A DNA stretch of 48,133 nucleotides from Deltaproteobacteria bacterium (lineage in GTDB: Bacteria > SAR324 > XYD2-FULL-50-16): positions 1 to 48,133 of the forward strand of contig JAOUME010000003.1 of the NCBI GenBank assembly GCA_029881655.1, written 5' to 3'. Of the stretch, positions 9,339 to 19,372 are shown one piece after another. A program made the position numbers and the translations under genes. Under the pieces are notes generated by a model. The model saw only the letters and a list, made by a program, of their open reading frames with translations, did not search any database and was not told the origin of the DNA. How positions within the stretch are numbered: position 1 is the stretch's first letter; each line of letters begins with the position of its first letter.

Positions 9339-10331
9339 CTAATTATCTTCAGTATAATAAGATCGCATAACCTTTCGGTTCCCGACTGGATCAATGACCT
9401 TTACATTGCTGATTTTTTCTTTCCAATTGGCCTTGACCGGTATTGAAATTAAAGGCGCGACGATTTTCAATGCTTTTGGTAAAAAAGTAAAAGCGGCGGG
9501 AAGACGACCCAATAACACGCCGTCTATGATCAATTCCACCTCCTCGTCCAATCCATCAATACCCAGATCTGAAAAAGCTTCTTTCCGCATTAAATCATTA
9601 TCTAAAAAGGTTTGGAATGGGTTTAAACTCGATAGCTTTTTAAAAGACCCAGGGCAAAGATGGTAATAGTCAAACTTACTCTTGCTGATTCTTAGTTTAG
9701 TATGGATTTTAGGCCCACCAATCAGTGAATTACCAAGTAAAATAAAGGCCAAAAAAACTTTTTTATCATTAATAACTTTATCCTTTTGACTGAGCACTAA
9801 TCTTTTGTTTTTTTTATCGGAGTTAATTAATGACGATAACTTCATCCAGGTTTTCCCCCCTCTTTGAAGAAAAGGTAGTTGAAAACTTGAAACCCCCATC
9901 ACAGCGTCATTGAGGACCAGTTGGCTAGCCGGCAAACCCTTCTTGTCAGTGAAGTGACAACGGACCAGATCTATTGGAACCATCGTCTTCTTTTGCAAAA
10001 GCTCTGACATCTCTATTATTCCGGATGGAAAACCCAGACTTTGGGCAATGGCTGTTTTTTTCTGATCAGGTAAATATGCGAGATAATTTTCTCGTTTTAT
10101 GTTAGACAGATAGGAATAGAGACTATTTACAAAATTGCTGAAAAAAAAATCATCCCCCACCACAATAATATAATCAAAAGATCTCAACTGAACAGATGAA
10201 AATGAATTGGCAGCGTCAGGGTAAAACAACTCTGCGTTTGGAAATAACTTTAACAGATACGCCTGGTTTTTGCTCCAAAACCGGGCCGTTTTAGAGGATA
10301 AAACTAAGTTGACAATAAAAAGATATTTCAT
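9339..10331 (-). CDS. Diacylglycerol kinase (YegS/DgkA)-like protein with degenerate catalytic motifs
   Basis: Fold landmarks YLFIVN, IIVVGDD, PIDLVR, IDGVLLG.LP..FT.LPKALKI. Confidence 0.7.
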   Translation of the reverse strand: MKYLFIVNLVLSSKTARFWSKNQAYLLKLFPNAELFYPDAANSFSSVQLRSFDYIIVVGDDFFFSNFVNSLYSYLSNIKRENYLAYLPDQKKTAIAQSLGFPSGIIEMSELLQKKTMVPIDLVRCHFTDKKGLPASQLVLNDAVMGVSSFQLPFLQRGGKTWMKLSSLINSDKKNKRLVLSQKDKVINDKKVFLAFILLGNSLIGGPKIHTKLRISKSKFDYYHLCPGSFKKLSSLNPFQTFLDNDLMRKEAFSDLGIDGLDEEVELIIDGVLLGRLPAAFTFLPKALKIVAPLISIPVKANWKEKISNVKVIDPVGNRKVMRSYYTEDN

Positions 10332-10534
10332 AAAACGTTACTTGTGACCTGACGGTTTAATTACATTAATATACAAAAAACCTTAGTTTAAAAGTTTTAA
10401 ACCTTATAGTTAAACATAACTGATTCTTTTTGTTTTTAAAACTGCTTTTTCCTTATGATTTATAAATAGCATCATAAACAATCATTGCAAAATAATCCTG
10501 ATCAATGCTATCGGATTTGATAAGCTTGATCCCG

Positions 10535-10564
10535 TTGACATCTCGGCTCTTTGAGCTCTATGAT
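10535..10564 (+). promoter_or_regulatory. Putative sigma70 promoter of the hldE-rsmD operon
   Basis: TTGACA-N18-TATGAT, ending about 90 nt before the hldE ATG. Confidence 0.55.
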
Positions 10565-10651
10565 TAACGGAACATAAAGTTAATATATACCTAAAATTTA
10601 AAATGACCATGGTTATGTCAAACCATTTTATTACTTCCTGATAAAGAATCG

Positions 10652-12076
10652 ATGGATCAACAAATTAGACAGCAATTAATCAAAGTCATCAGCAACTTCA
10701 CCCCAAAAAAAATGATGGTTATTGGTGATTTGATGTTGGATCAATATACTTGGGGTAGTGTCAGTCGCATTTCGCCCGAAGCACCCATACCGATTTTATC
10801 AGTCGATAAAGAAGAATTCCGCCCAGGGGGCGCGGCCAGTGTCGTGGCAAATATCCACGCGCTGAATTCAAAAGTCTTTCCCGTCGGTTTAATCGGCAAC
10901 GACTCTCAGGGCGAGACTTTTTTAAAGGCCATGGATGATTTGAAGATCGACAGATCCGGCATCATTAAAGGAGACTCCATACAGACGATCATCAAAAAAA
11001 GAGTGCTGACCTCCCAACAACAACTGCTCCGGATCGATTACGAAACCACCTCAGAAGAATATGAAAAGTTTGAAAATGCCCTCATGGAAAAAATCAAGGG
11101 ACTCCTGCCTCAAATGGACGGTATTATTTTTTCAGACTATGCGAAAGGGGTTTTCAGCCCGAATCTCACTCAACAAACCATCCAGTTGGCTAAAAAGCAC
11201 CAGATACCAATTTGTTGCGACCCGGGAAAGGGAAAGGACTATACTCAATATAAAGGTGTTACGACCATCAAACCGAACCGATCGGAAACTGAACAAGCCT
11301 CCGGCATCAAACTGAACACCCATGAGCAAATCCTTCAAGCTGCTGAGGTTCTTCAAAATAAATGCGCCTGCGAATTTTTGACCATCAGTCTGGATAAGGA
11401 CGGCATTTTGCTTTTTAGAAACAAAAACGACTTTCAGTTCATACCAACTTCCGTCAAGGAAGTCTTTGACGTTACTGGAGCCGGGGATATTGTCATCAGT
11501 ATCCTAGGCGTTTTGATCGCATCGAAGATTTCTCCAGAGATTGCCATCCACATGGCCAATGTCGCGGCGCAAAGAGAAATCTCTCACCTAGGAGTGGTCC
11601 CCATCCCCTGGAGGGAGATTAATGCTTACTTGTGCGATAACAGCCTCAGTCAAAAAGTCACTACGGTTGAGCAGTTACAACACGAACAATGGGACCATAA
11701 CAAAAAGCCTCTTATTTTCACCAACGGTTACTTTGACCAGTTTTCTACGGGCCACTTAAGGTTCATTCTCGAGATCGGCGAGATCCCGGGAAAACTCATC
11801 GTTGCCATCAACAGCGATCAATCCATCTTTCGGCAAAAGGGGGTTTACCCCTTGCTAAAGGAAAATGACAGGGCACGCATTCTGGCCAGTTTCGAAAATG
11901 TTTTTAAAGTCCTGATCTTCGATGAAGACGATGCCTCAAATCTGATCGAAAAACTCAAACCTGAGATAGTCGTCAAGGGAGAGAAATTTAAAGGCCAGGT
12001 GCTTCCGGAAAATGATATCCTTAAACAAATCGGCACTGAAATAAAATACATCCCCCATTTCTCCAATCTGCCATGA
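10652..12076 (+). CDS. hldE: Bifunctional heptose-7-phosphate kinase / heptose-1-phosphate adenylyltransferase
   Basis: GDLMLDQY.WG.V.RISPEAP, SDYAKG, KPNRSE, FDVTGAGD; C-terminal FTNG.FD...GH, AINSD and VVKG. Confidence 0.92.
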   Translation: MDQQIRQQLIKVISNFTPKKMMVIGDLMLDQYTWGSVSRISPEAPIPILSVDKEEFRPGGAASVVANIHALNSKVFPVGLIGNDSQGETFLKAMDDLKIDRSGIIKGDSIQTIIKKRVLTSQQQLLRIDYETTSEEYEKFENALMEKIKGLLPQMDGIIFSDYAKGVFSPNLTQQTIQLAKKHQIPICCDPGKGKDYTQYKGVTTIKPNRSETEQASGIKLNTHEQILQAAEVLQNKCACEFLTISLDKDGILLFRNKNDFQFIPTSVKEVFDVTGAGDIVISILGVLIASKISPEIAIHMANVAAQREISHLGVVPIPWREINAYLCDNSLSQKVTTVEQLQHEQWDHNKKPLIFTNGYFDQFSTGHLRFILEIGEIPGKLIVAINSDQSIFRQKGVYPLLKENDRARILASFENVFKVLIFDEDDASNLIEKLKPEIVVKGEKFKGQVLPENDILKQIGTEIKYIPHFSNLP

Positions 12077-12630
12077 TTCGGATTTCTGGTGGTTTTTTAA
12101 AAGGGAAAAAAATTCGAGCACCTAATATCAGCCCTTTACGGCCTACTTTGGAAAAAACCCGTTCCGCCATCTTCGACACGCTGGTTTCACGTTTCCAACT
12201 AAAAGACTACTGCGTCATTGATCTTTTCGCTGGTTCGGGAGCACTTGGTTTTGAAGCTCTCAGCAGAGGCGCGGCAAAAGCGGTCTTTATCGAAAACAAT
12301 AAGAAACTTTTCTCTGGGCTAAAAAATACGGCTGAGGAGCTCAAAGTTGGAGAATTTTGTACCTTTTTCCTGAGCGATGCGTTAAACTGGATTCAGGATT
12401 TGTCCGTTAATGCTTCCAAGTCTCTATTTCTGGTAGATCCACCTTATAAAAGCAACCTCAGTCAAAAAGTGCTGGAACTTCTGGCACATAATAAAATAGA
12501 CTTGACCAATAGCCTTGTAGTTATTGAAGAAAGTAAGCGTTCAGAAATAGATATCCCAGAATGTTTTTTGGTGATCAAGCAGAAAATATTTGGAGATACA
12601 CAATTGTATTTCCTTGAATTTAAAATATGA
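12073..12630 (+). CDS. rsmD: 16S rRNA m2G966 methyltransferase
   Basis: RISGG..KG, LRPT, DLFAGSGALGFEALSRGA, DPPY; ATGA overlap with hldE. Confidence 0.93.
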   Translation: MIRISGGFLKGKKIRAPNISPLRPTLEKTRSAIFDTLVSRFQLKDYCVIDLFAGSGALGFEALSRGAAKAVFIENNKKLFSGLKNTAEELKVGEFCTFFLSDALNWIQDLSVNASKSLFLVDPPYKSNLSQKVLELLAHNKIDLTNSLVVIEESKRSEIDIPECFLVIKQKIFGDTQLYFLEFKI

Positions 12631-12640
12631 AATACCCCCC

Positions 12641-13375
12641 ATGAAAAAACTTATATCCAGTTTGATGTTAATCCTAATACCCTTGAACATTTTAGTAGCG
12701 AGTCAAGGAGCCTTTTTGATCGTCAAATCCACTTATCTTTATGATGAAATAAACAAATCCGGCAGGAAATTTTTAACGCGCTCAAAAAAAGCCTTTGAAG
12801 TGATCGATATCAAGGAGCTTTCATCGGGTTCCTTGATGTTTCAAATTATCTACCCCCTAAAAAAAACATCGATTACCGGCAGCGGTTTTATAGTCGAAAA
12901 CGATCTTGAACTAAAAGAACTAGGTACGGCAAACATCAAAGTTTATAACAAAATCCCTCAAAACAAAAAAGAAAATTTCAAATACAAACTCATACCCGCA
13001 AACCAATTTTTATTTTCAGGCAAACAATCAGAATCTCCCGTTTTTAAGAATATTTTATTCAGAGCCGTCAATTATAAGGCAAAAGTCCCCAAATTGTACT
13101 GGGTCGACAGATGGGCCGGAATATTTAGAGCCGACAAGACGGCTGAATGGTTAAATGATGTTCATCAAAGACTCAAGGCGCAAAAACAGCCCTGGTCGAT
13201 TACGCAAAAAATCCTGATGGGATCGGTTGAAACGGGTTTTACTAAAGAGCAGGTATTGATGTCGCTGGGGCAACCTGAAAAAGAAATCAAGTCCGATGAC
13301 GGAAAGCAGGATGAATGGGTATACCCGCACTATAAATTAATTTTTGAAAACGAAAAAGTAGTCCGGGTTTTGTAA
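12641..13375 (+). CDS. Exported protein with C-terminal SmpA/BamE-like motif
   Basis: Signal peptide MKKLISSLMLILIPLNILVA from ATG 12641; C-terminal GFTKEQVLMSLGQP...EWVY. Confidence 0.65.
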   Translation: MKKLISSLMLILIPLNILVASQGAFLIVKSTYLYDEINKSGRKFLTRSKKAFEVIDIKELSSGSLMFQIIYPLKKTSITGSGFIVENDLELKELGTANIKVYNKIPQNKKENFKYKLIPANQFLFSGKQSESPVFKNILFRAVNYKAKVPKLYWVDRWAGIFRADKTAEWLNDVHQRLKAQKQPWSITQKILMGSVETGFTKEQVLMSLGQPEKEIKSDDGKQDEWVYPHYKLIFENEKVVRVL

Positions 13376-13382
13376 CAGAAAA

Positions 13383-14987
13383 CTATTTCATTGACTTGAC
13401 ACAGCGAAAACCGACATCCTTCCAAGCATAGTCGACCTTGCTACTAGTTCGAAACCAACCCAGGGACTTATCCTCAGGTTGTGCCCATGAGCCTCCCCGG
13501 ATCACTTTTTGTTGAGAAATCTGACGGCCTTTCGGAAAGGACTTTAAATAATCATCTACCCATTCTCGAACATTCCCCGCCATATGTTGTACACCATAAA
13601 CCGATACATCCCTGTTGTCTGCCTCAACATCCAGTGGTTTTAATTCTGCCGACTCCAGTGTTCTTGCGTAATTTGGTTTGAATTCATCCCCCTCCCAAGG
13701 ATATTTCCTGCCGGACTCACCACGAAAAGCTTTTTCCCATTCCGCTTCAGTTGGTAACCTTTTATTGTTTTTCTTGCAATAAAGGCTGGCGTCGTTCCAA
13801 CTGACCTCGACGACGGGTAGGTTCTCCTGTCCTGGGGGTATTTGAGAGTTGACCCAATAAGGGGGAGCTCTGTGTCGATATTGTTCGATGAAATTTTTAT
13901 AATTCTCGTTGGAAACCTCAGTCCTATCAATATAATATCCCTTGCTTAGATTTACGGTGAACTGGGGACTTGAAAGACGGTCTCCCTCATTGGAACCCAT
14001 GATGAATCTACCAGAGGGTACAAACACCATCTCGCCTTTTATGTGGTTCATGTTTTTGGTTGAGTTTTCAGCTTTCACATCTTGCTTTTCACTCGAAAAG
14101 CTTATCAAATCTGCCCACTCAATAACACCGTTGTAAATATTTAATAGTTTAAGTGACGCGACAAACTGCCCTTTTTTTGAGGTGATGCTGCCGTAAATAA
14201 AAGCATCCACACCATAAAGCTCTCCCATTTTCTTCGCTTTATTCTCATCAATGAATTCCAACATACCCAGTTTCTGTTCTTCTAATATCAACCTCAAGTT
14301 ATCCCTGTCCACAACCTGAAATACTTTATCTGCGGTAAGGGTCACCGAGAGAAAATCGATGATCTGGTTTGTCTTGAATTCGCTTTTAATGCTCCAAAAA
14401 CTAATCTGATGAATCTTGTCTTTTTTAAACCTTTCCAAATCACTACGGATAGACGTAACCATTTTTTGGGAAAGGTTTAAAATTGCTTTTGTCTCTGGCC
14501 TCAAAGGCGCGATTTCAAAAAAGTCCGCCCAAATAATCGCCGAACTTTCAACATCAATGGCTTTAATGGTGATGGTGTCCTTATAAAAGTTACCATAAAT
14601 AAACAAATCCACACCCAATAAACGGCCCAGTTCCTTATAGGTATCCGTAGAGACCATACCAGACAAGTTAAACTTCTGTTCGTTTAAGATCAGTTGGAGC
14701 TTTGAGCGATCGATAACTTTAAATTTATGACTACGGACAATAGCGACATTGGTATAGTCGATCAGCTCATTGATTTTATCAGTCTGTAGATTTCCTTGAA
14801 TTTTTGAAAATGCGACGGTTTTATATTTCTGCCCATCCACCTGATTGAGTGAATCGGCAATCTGGCGGGAAAGATTTATGGTGTCTAACGCAATAAGCGG
14901 GGAGGAGCCGAATGCGAAAAGAAAAATCCCGACAGTGATGATCCTAATCCAAATTGAATTCGATAATGGTAATGTCAGTTTTTTCAC
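13383..14987 (-). CDS. Exported protein: two CsgG/LpoB-like domains plus FGE-sulfatase (SUMF1) domain
   Basis: Two copies of V.DR..L.LIL.EQK...G.L.GVD.FIYG; C-terminal F.MGS, RLPTEAEWEKA, MAGNVREWV, RGGSW, GFRC. Confidence 0.85.
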   Translation of the reverse strand: MKKLTLPLSNSIWIRIITVGIFLFAFGSSPLIALDTINLSRQIADSLNQVDGQKYKTVAFSKIQGNLQTDKINELIDYTNVAIVRSHKFKVIDRSKLQLILNEQKFNLSGMVSTDTYKELGRLLGVDLFIYGNFYKDTITIKAIDVESSAIIWADFFEIAPLRPETKAILNLSQKMVTSIRSDLERFKKDKIHQISFWSIKSEFKTNQIIDFLSVTLTADKVFQVVDRDNLRLILEEQKLGMLEFIDENKAKKMGELYGVDAFIYGSITSKKGQFVASLKLLNIYNGVIEWADLISFSSEKQDVKAENSTKNMNHIKGEMVFVPSGRFIMGSNEGDRLSSPQFTVNLSKGYYIDRTEVSNENYKNFIEQYRHRAPPYWVNSQIPPGQENLPVVEVSWNDASLYCKKNNKRLPTEAEWEKAFRGESGRKYPWEGDEFKPNYARTLESAELKPLDVEADNRDVSVYGVQHMAGNVREWVDDYLKSFPKGRQISQQKVIRGGSWAQPEDKSLGWFRTSSKVDYAWKDVGFRCVKSMK

Positions 14988-15165
14988 GGATATTATTTAT
15001 TTTAGATTATCACCGTTTACTATCGATCGAAATGGAAAATTCAGCTACTAATGAATTTCCTCTTTATATTTTTACCCTGAAACGGTATCCAGTATCTAAC
15101 AAAAACCAAAGAATATTTATAACTTATCCTTGTTTTTTAGGCAAGTATCATAATAAATTACGAGC

Positions 15166-15873
15166 ATGACTTTGTTTATCGTTTCCACACCCATCGGAAA
15201 TCCCGATGACATCACTTTAAGAGCTCTAAAAACCTTAGAGACCGTCGATTTTATTATCTGTGAAGAATTTAAAAACGGACAGCGTTTTTTAAAACAGCAC
15301 AAGATACTAAAAGAGATTTTCACCTTAAACGAACACAACGAAAAAACAGAGGCCACCTTTATTTTATCGATGCTCTTAAAGGGTAAAAATGCCGCTCTTA
15401 TTTCAGATAATGGAACTCCGGTTTTCGCTGACCCGGGAAATCATTTGGTCAGTATGTGTCATCAAGCAAAGATCAAGGTCTCACCAGTACCGGGCGCATC
15501 ATCGCTCTTATCCGCTATCGCCGTTGCCGGTGTCGATTTTAACCAATTTTACTACGCCGGTTTTCTGTCCAGGAAATCAGAGGCCCGACGAAAAGAAATC
15601 AGATCGTTTCAAACCATGTGCTGTCCGGTCATTATTTACGATACGCCTTACCGACTGCTACAGGTTTTAAAAGATATGCAAAGCGAAATCCAAGATCGCA
15701 GGATGATCACGATTTTGTTTTCCATGACAAAAGAAGATGAAATGATTTTAAAGGGTTATCTGACGGATTTGTTGAAAAAACTGACCAAAAATCCATTGAA
15801 GCAGGAGTTCGTCATTATCTTGGAGCCTTCGATGAAAAAACAGCGTGCGCACATGCTCAATAAACACCGGTAA
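15166..15873 (+). CDS. rsmI: 16S rRNA Cm1402 methyltransferase
   Basis: LFIVSTPIGN.DDITLRAL, ISDNGTP..ADPG, PVPGASS, GFL.RK. Confidence 0.93.
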   Translation: MTLFIVSTPIGNPDDITLRALKTLETVDFIICEEFKNGQRFLKQHKILKEIFTLNEHNEKTEATFILSMLLKGKNAALISDNGTPVFADPGNHLVSMCHQAKIKVSPVPGASSLLSAIAVAGVDFNQFYYAGFLSRKSEARRKEIRSFQTMCCPVIIYDTPYRLLQVLKDMQSEIQDRRMITILFSMTKEDEMILKGYLTDLLKKLTKNPLKQEFVIILEPSMKKQRAHMLNKHR

Positions 15874-15887
15874 ACATGTTAGGTGAA

Positions 15888-17663
15888 TTAAAACCGATCC
15901 AACAGGCTACCCCATTTATCAAGGACTTTTCGTTGTGTCTCGGGATCTTCTTCCAACACCGGCGGATACCATGTCTTCATTCGACAATCGATCACCACAG
16001 ATCCTTTAATCCCTATATGAAAACGCTCAACCCTTTGATCACCGTAGATATCTGCCGCCGGCTCAAAACGGGTAAAGACATGCCAGATGAAATCCTCCGG
16101 ACTCCTACAGGCCTCAATTGCGTCATCAAGCAAAAAAATTATTTTAAATCCTTTTGCCAGCGGTTCCAAAAGAACTTCCTGAGCTAAATCCTTTTTCATA
16201 ATATAAGGGACACCTGAAACACATAAGGCACCAGGACAAAATACCACCGGATTTTTTAAGTGCGCTGATTTTAGTTTACAGTCCAGATCCCTTTTCAGCT
16301 GATTTATCACCGGACCGATTCCCATTAAAATTCCCTTGCTTCCCTTATTTACTTTAGGACCCGTATAATCCAGGGTATCCTGAGAAATGTTTGAAAGTAT
16401 AAATAGGTCCTTTTCAAAATCAGCCCTTTCCAAAACTATTTCGAGCAAAACCTTAAAATTTCTAATTTCACAATCCTGATCGGTAACAAACAAAAACTTG
16501 GTCAAGGAGAGATGCCCCTCACTAAGTATCCTTAACGCCGCCGTAAATGCCTCCTTATAATATCGGTTCTTCACCACCGCAGCAGCCAAAGAGTGCACAC
16601 CTGACTCCTCGTAAGCCCAAACCTTCTTCACATTAGGCATCACAATCGGAAAAAGTGGCTCCAAAATCTCTTGCAAAAATTCGGCGATAAAATGATCCTC
16701 TTGAGGCGGGCGACCGACGATCGTGGCCGGGAAAATAGCGTTCTTGCGGTGATAGACCGACTTTACCTTCATAAATGGATAGTCATGACAAAGAGAATAA
16801 TAACCGTAGTGATCTCCAAATGGCCCTTCCGCTCTTCTTTCGTGAGGAAATATTTCACCCTGAATCGAAAAATCAGCCTCCACCACTGAAGGGATTCCGA
16901 AACGGTCAAAGTCACCGATTTTAAGTTTTTTGCCCATCAGCATTGACGCGAAAAGCAGTTCAGGCACGTCCTCTGGAAGAGGCGCAATCGCCGCGACCGT
17001 CAAAGCGGGCGGACCTCCGACAAAAATCCTGGCCTTAAGGGGAAGGTTCCTTTTTTCAGCCTCGAAATAATGAAACCCGGCTCCACGGTGAATTTGAACA
17101 TGCATCCCAGCATGGGTAGCGTCAAAAATCTGAACCCGATACATCCCCAGATTCCCTTTACCGCTAACCGGGCATTGGGTATAGACCAAAGGCAGGGTGA
17201 TAAAACCACCACCGTCATTGGGCCAACTTTTGATTTGAGGCAGTTTCGTCATATCGCCACCTGGAATAAGGCTCTCAAACCCCGGTCCCTTGTTTTGCCT
17301 TTTCAGCCCGATTTGAAGCCCCTTAAACGCAAGGTCTTTCGCATTCCAGATTTTTTTGAAATTTGGTGGCAGCATATTCATCATCACGCCAGCGGCCGAT
17401 GCGATGAATTTCCTGGCATCATCACCAAACGCCAGATCGATTCTTTTAACCGAACCGTAGAGATTCGTAACCACCGGGAACTCGGTCCCCATGACATTGG
17501 TAAACAGCACCGCTGGCCCTTTTCTCCTATTGACTTCCCTTTGAATTTGCGCCAATTCCAAGTCGGGATCGACCGGATCGTCCAAAACCCAAAGCTCATC
17601 ATTGTTTTTTAGCAATCTAGTGAAATCCTCTGTACAAAGAAGCGCTTTATTTTTCCGGCTCAT
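15888..17663 (-). CDS. UbiD-family (prFMN) decarboxylase, menaquinone-pathway-like long form
   Basis: VVTNLYGS, WPNDGG.FITLP, NLGMYR.Q, EGPFGDHYGYYS, GRPPQED, DTLDY. Confidence 0.9.
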   Translation of the reverse strand: MSRKNKALLCTEDFTRLLKNNDELWVLDDPVDPDLELAQIQREVNRRKGPAVLFTNVMGTEFPVVTNLYGSVKRIDLAFGDDARKFIASAAGVMMNMLPPNFKKIWNAKDLAFKGLQIGLKRQNKGPGFESLIPGGDMTKLPQIKSWPNDGGGFITLPLVYTQCPVSGKGNLGMYRVQIFDATHAGMHVQIHRGAGFHYFEAEKRNLPLKARIFVGGPPALTVAAIAPLPEDVPELLFASMLMGKKLKIGDFDRFGIPSVVEADFSIQGEIFPHERRAEGPFGDHYGYYSLCHDYPFMKVKSVYHRKNAIFPATIVGRPPQEDHFIAEFLQEILEPLFPIVMPNVKKVWAYEESGVHSLAAAVVKNRYYKEAFTAALRILSEGHLSLTKFLFVTDQDCEIRNFKVLLEIVLERADFEKDLFILSNISQDTLDYTGPKVNKGSKGILMGIGPVINQLKRDLDCKLKSAHLKNPVVFCPGALCVSGVPYIMKKDLAQEVLLEPLAKGFKIIFLLDDAIEACRSPEDFIWHVFTRFEPAADIYGDQRVERFHIGIKGSVVIDCRMKTWYPPVLEEDPETQRKVLDKWGSLLDRF

Positions 17664-18150
17664 CAGTTTTCCTTGAAAGGAAGCTATAAAGAATCAGGAT
17701 GACAAATCCCACACTAATCAAGTCATCTGCGAGATTGTTGACGAAAAAACTTTTGTCATAAAAATGAAAATACATATAATCCGTAACCTGTTGACGGAAG
17801 GCCCGGTCAATGAGATTTCCAATAGCACCAGCTAAAATCAAGGAATAACCGACTTTTTCGACAGTAACCAGTTTCGCCCAGTATATAAACAAGTAGATAA
17901 AAATCCCCGCAACGACGACAAACGACACCCCTGCCAAAGCTGGAACCCTAACCATATCAGGCAGATTGGACAAGAAACTAAAGGAAATTCCTCTGTTTTC
18001 CTGATATGTTAAATGAATAAAATTTGGAATGATCTCAACAAAGCTGCTGGAAGTTAAATAACTTCTCACCAATATTTTAATTACTTGATCTAAAAGCGCT
18101 AAAATCCCAATAAGAATAAGATAAAGCACCATCTCTGTATGTTTCTTCAT
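17647..18150 (-). CDS. lspA: Lipoprotein signal peptidase II
   Basis: LDQVIK, NRGISFS, GAIGNLIDR, VTDY, NLAD motifs; probable start at ATG 18150. Confidence 0.92.
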   Translation of the reverse strand: MKKHTEMVLYLILIGILALLDQVIKILVRSYLTSSSFVEIIPNFIHLTYQENRGISFSFLSNLPDMVRVPALAGVSFVVVAGIFIYLFIYWAKLVTVEKVGYSLILAGAIGNLIDRAFRQQVTDYMYFHFYDKSFFVNNLADDLISVGFVILILYSFLSRKTDEPEK

Positions 18151-18302
18151 TATGAAATACCGCCGATCTATTTGTTGGGAGTTGGAATTAACAGGAAAAC
18201 CAATCATAATCCAGAGGGATTAGGAGTACAGGAAGACTCAAGGTTGTCTCATCGAATATAAGAACTCTTCTGGGGTCAAATTTAACGTCAAACAAACGAA
18301 AC

Positions 18303-18989
18303 TTACAATTTGATTTTTTCACCGGACATCTCGTCCTCTTCCATTTTCGTGCCTGAAATTTCGACACCCGACATGATCTCGCCTGCGATATCCTTTAATG
18401 CCATAACTTCTCCCGAAGGTGAAACACTCGACATTTTTCCCTGAGGAATATCAATATCCTTATTGGTCACCGATGAGGCCATATTGACCAGACCATCGAC
18501 CGTGGCGACCGTGGTTTGTTCCATTTTATATTCAACCACAAAATCGGTACCCTTTACTCCGATCACCGCATTGGAAGTCTTTATGATCACTCTTTGCTTT
18601 CTGCTTTTGGTTATCATTGCTCTGATTTTCCCGAATGGAGAAAGGAAGAAATTTTTGATAGCACTATCTTTTTTAGCGTTATCCTGATTGATTTCCAGTT
18701 TCGTCGAAGCTGCCACGATAACCTCGTCACCCGTACTCAATTGAACCTTGGCCTTTCCAGTCGCCCCAGTTTTAACAACATCCTTCATCTTTAAGACCAT
18801 CCCGAAACCGCTAACTTTCTTTTCCACTCCGTCCCTTACGACGAGGACTTCTCCTTGAACGACGAAAACCTTGCCCAGTCCATCCGAAGCGGGACCAAAC
18901 TGACAAAAAGCCGTCAAAGGCAGGAAAAAAAGAATCACGATGAACAAAGTCCGTTGGGCCGCAAAGCTGGATATTTTTTTCGGTTCCAT
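18303..18989 (-). CDS. FecR-domain exported protein
   Basis: Signal peptide; DVVKTG..GKA.V.L..G and IKTSNAVIGVKGTDF motifs. Confidence 0.85.
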   Translation of the reverse strand: MEPKKISSFAAQRTLFIVILFFLPLTAFCQFGPASDGLGKVFVVQGEVLVVRDGVEKKVSGFGMVLKMKDVVKTGATGKAKVQLSTGDEVIVAASTKLEINQDNAKKDSAIKNFFLSPFGKIRAMITKSRKQRVIIKTSNAVIGVKGTDFVVEYKMEQTTVATVDGLVNMASSVTNKDIDIPQGKMSSVSPSGEVMALKDIAGEIMSGVEISGTKMEEDEMSGEKIKL

Positions 18990-19214
18990 AGTTTCGAAAG
19001 TCGCTACAAGTTTGTTAAAATAATTTCAAGTTCGACGAAAAAGCAAATAATCTTATTGTATCAGAAGCCTTAGACTATATTTATTTATAATAAAATACAA
19101 CAAAAAACCCAAATTCCCGGACCGGAGTTAAATAAACCGACTCACTTAATTTAAACCTTCTGGTCACTATGGCGATGAATCATGATTAAAACTTGGTCTG
19201 GTCTTGTTTAGGTG

Positions 19215-19231
19215 TTGGCGCATAGATTGCA
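19215..19231 (+). promoter_or_regulatory. Sigma54 (-24/-12) promoter upstream of Hsp20-like gene
   Basis: TTGGCGCATAGATTGCA: GG at 19217-18 and GC at 19229-30 with exact 10-nt spacing and a TTGCA -12 box. Confidence 0.7.
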
Positions 19232-19372
19232 GATATTCTTTAGTAGTACGATTCAGTCTGGATTTTTTGTTAAGGTTTTTTATTTTTGTTGCCGATAAAA
19301 GAAGTAGTGATGTAAACACATCCTGCGTCAACGACTTTCAATAGAAGTTAAACCCAAAAAAAGGATCAACGG

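Noticed and set aside
10532-10570. Imperfect stem-loop upstream of hldE as a riboswitch
   Set aside because: It coincides with the -35/-10 candidate and matches no aptamer I recognise.
13383-13560. FGE-domain C-terminus as a DGR variable region
   Set aside because: No reverse transcriptase or template repeat seen in the window; a remote DGR cannot be excluded.
18151-18302. Gap upstream of lspA as 6S RNA or another ncRNA
   Set aside because: Only short imperfect pairings; no convincing conserved motif. An Rfam scan would settle it.
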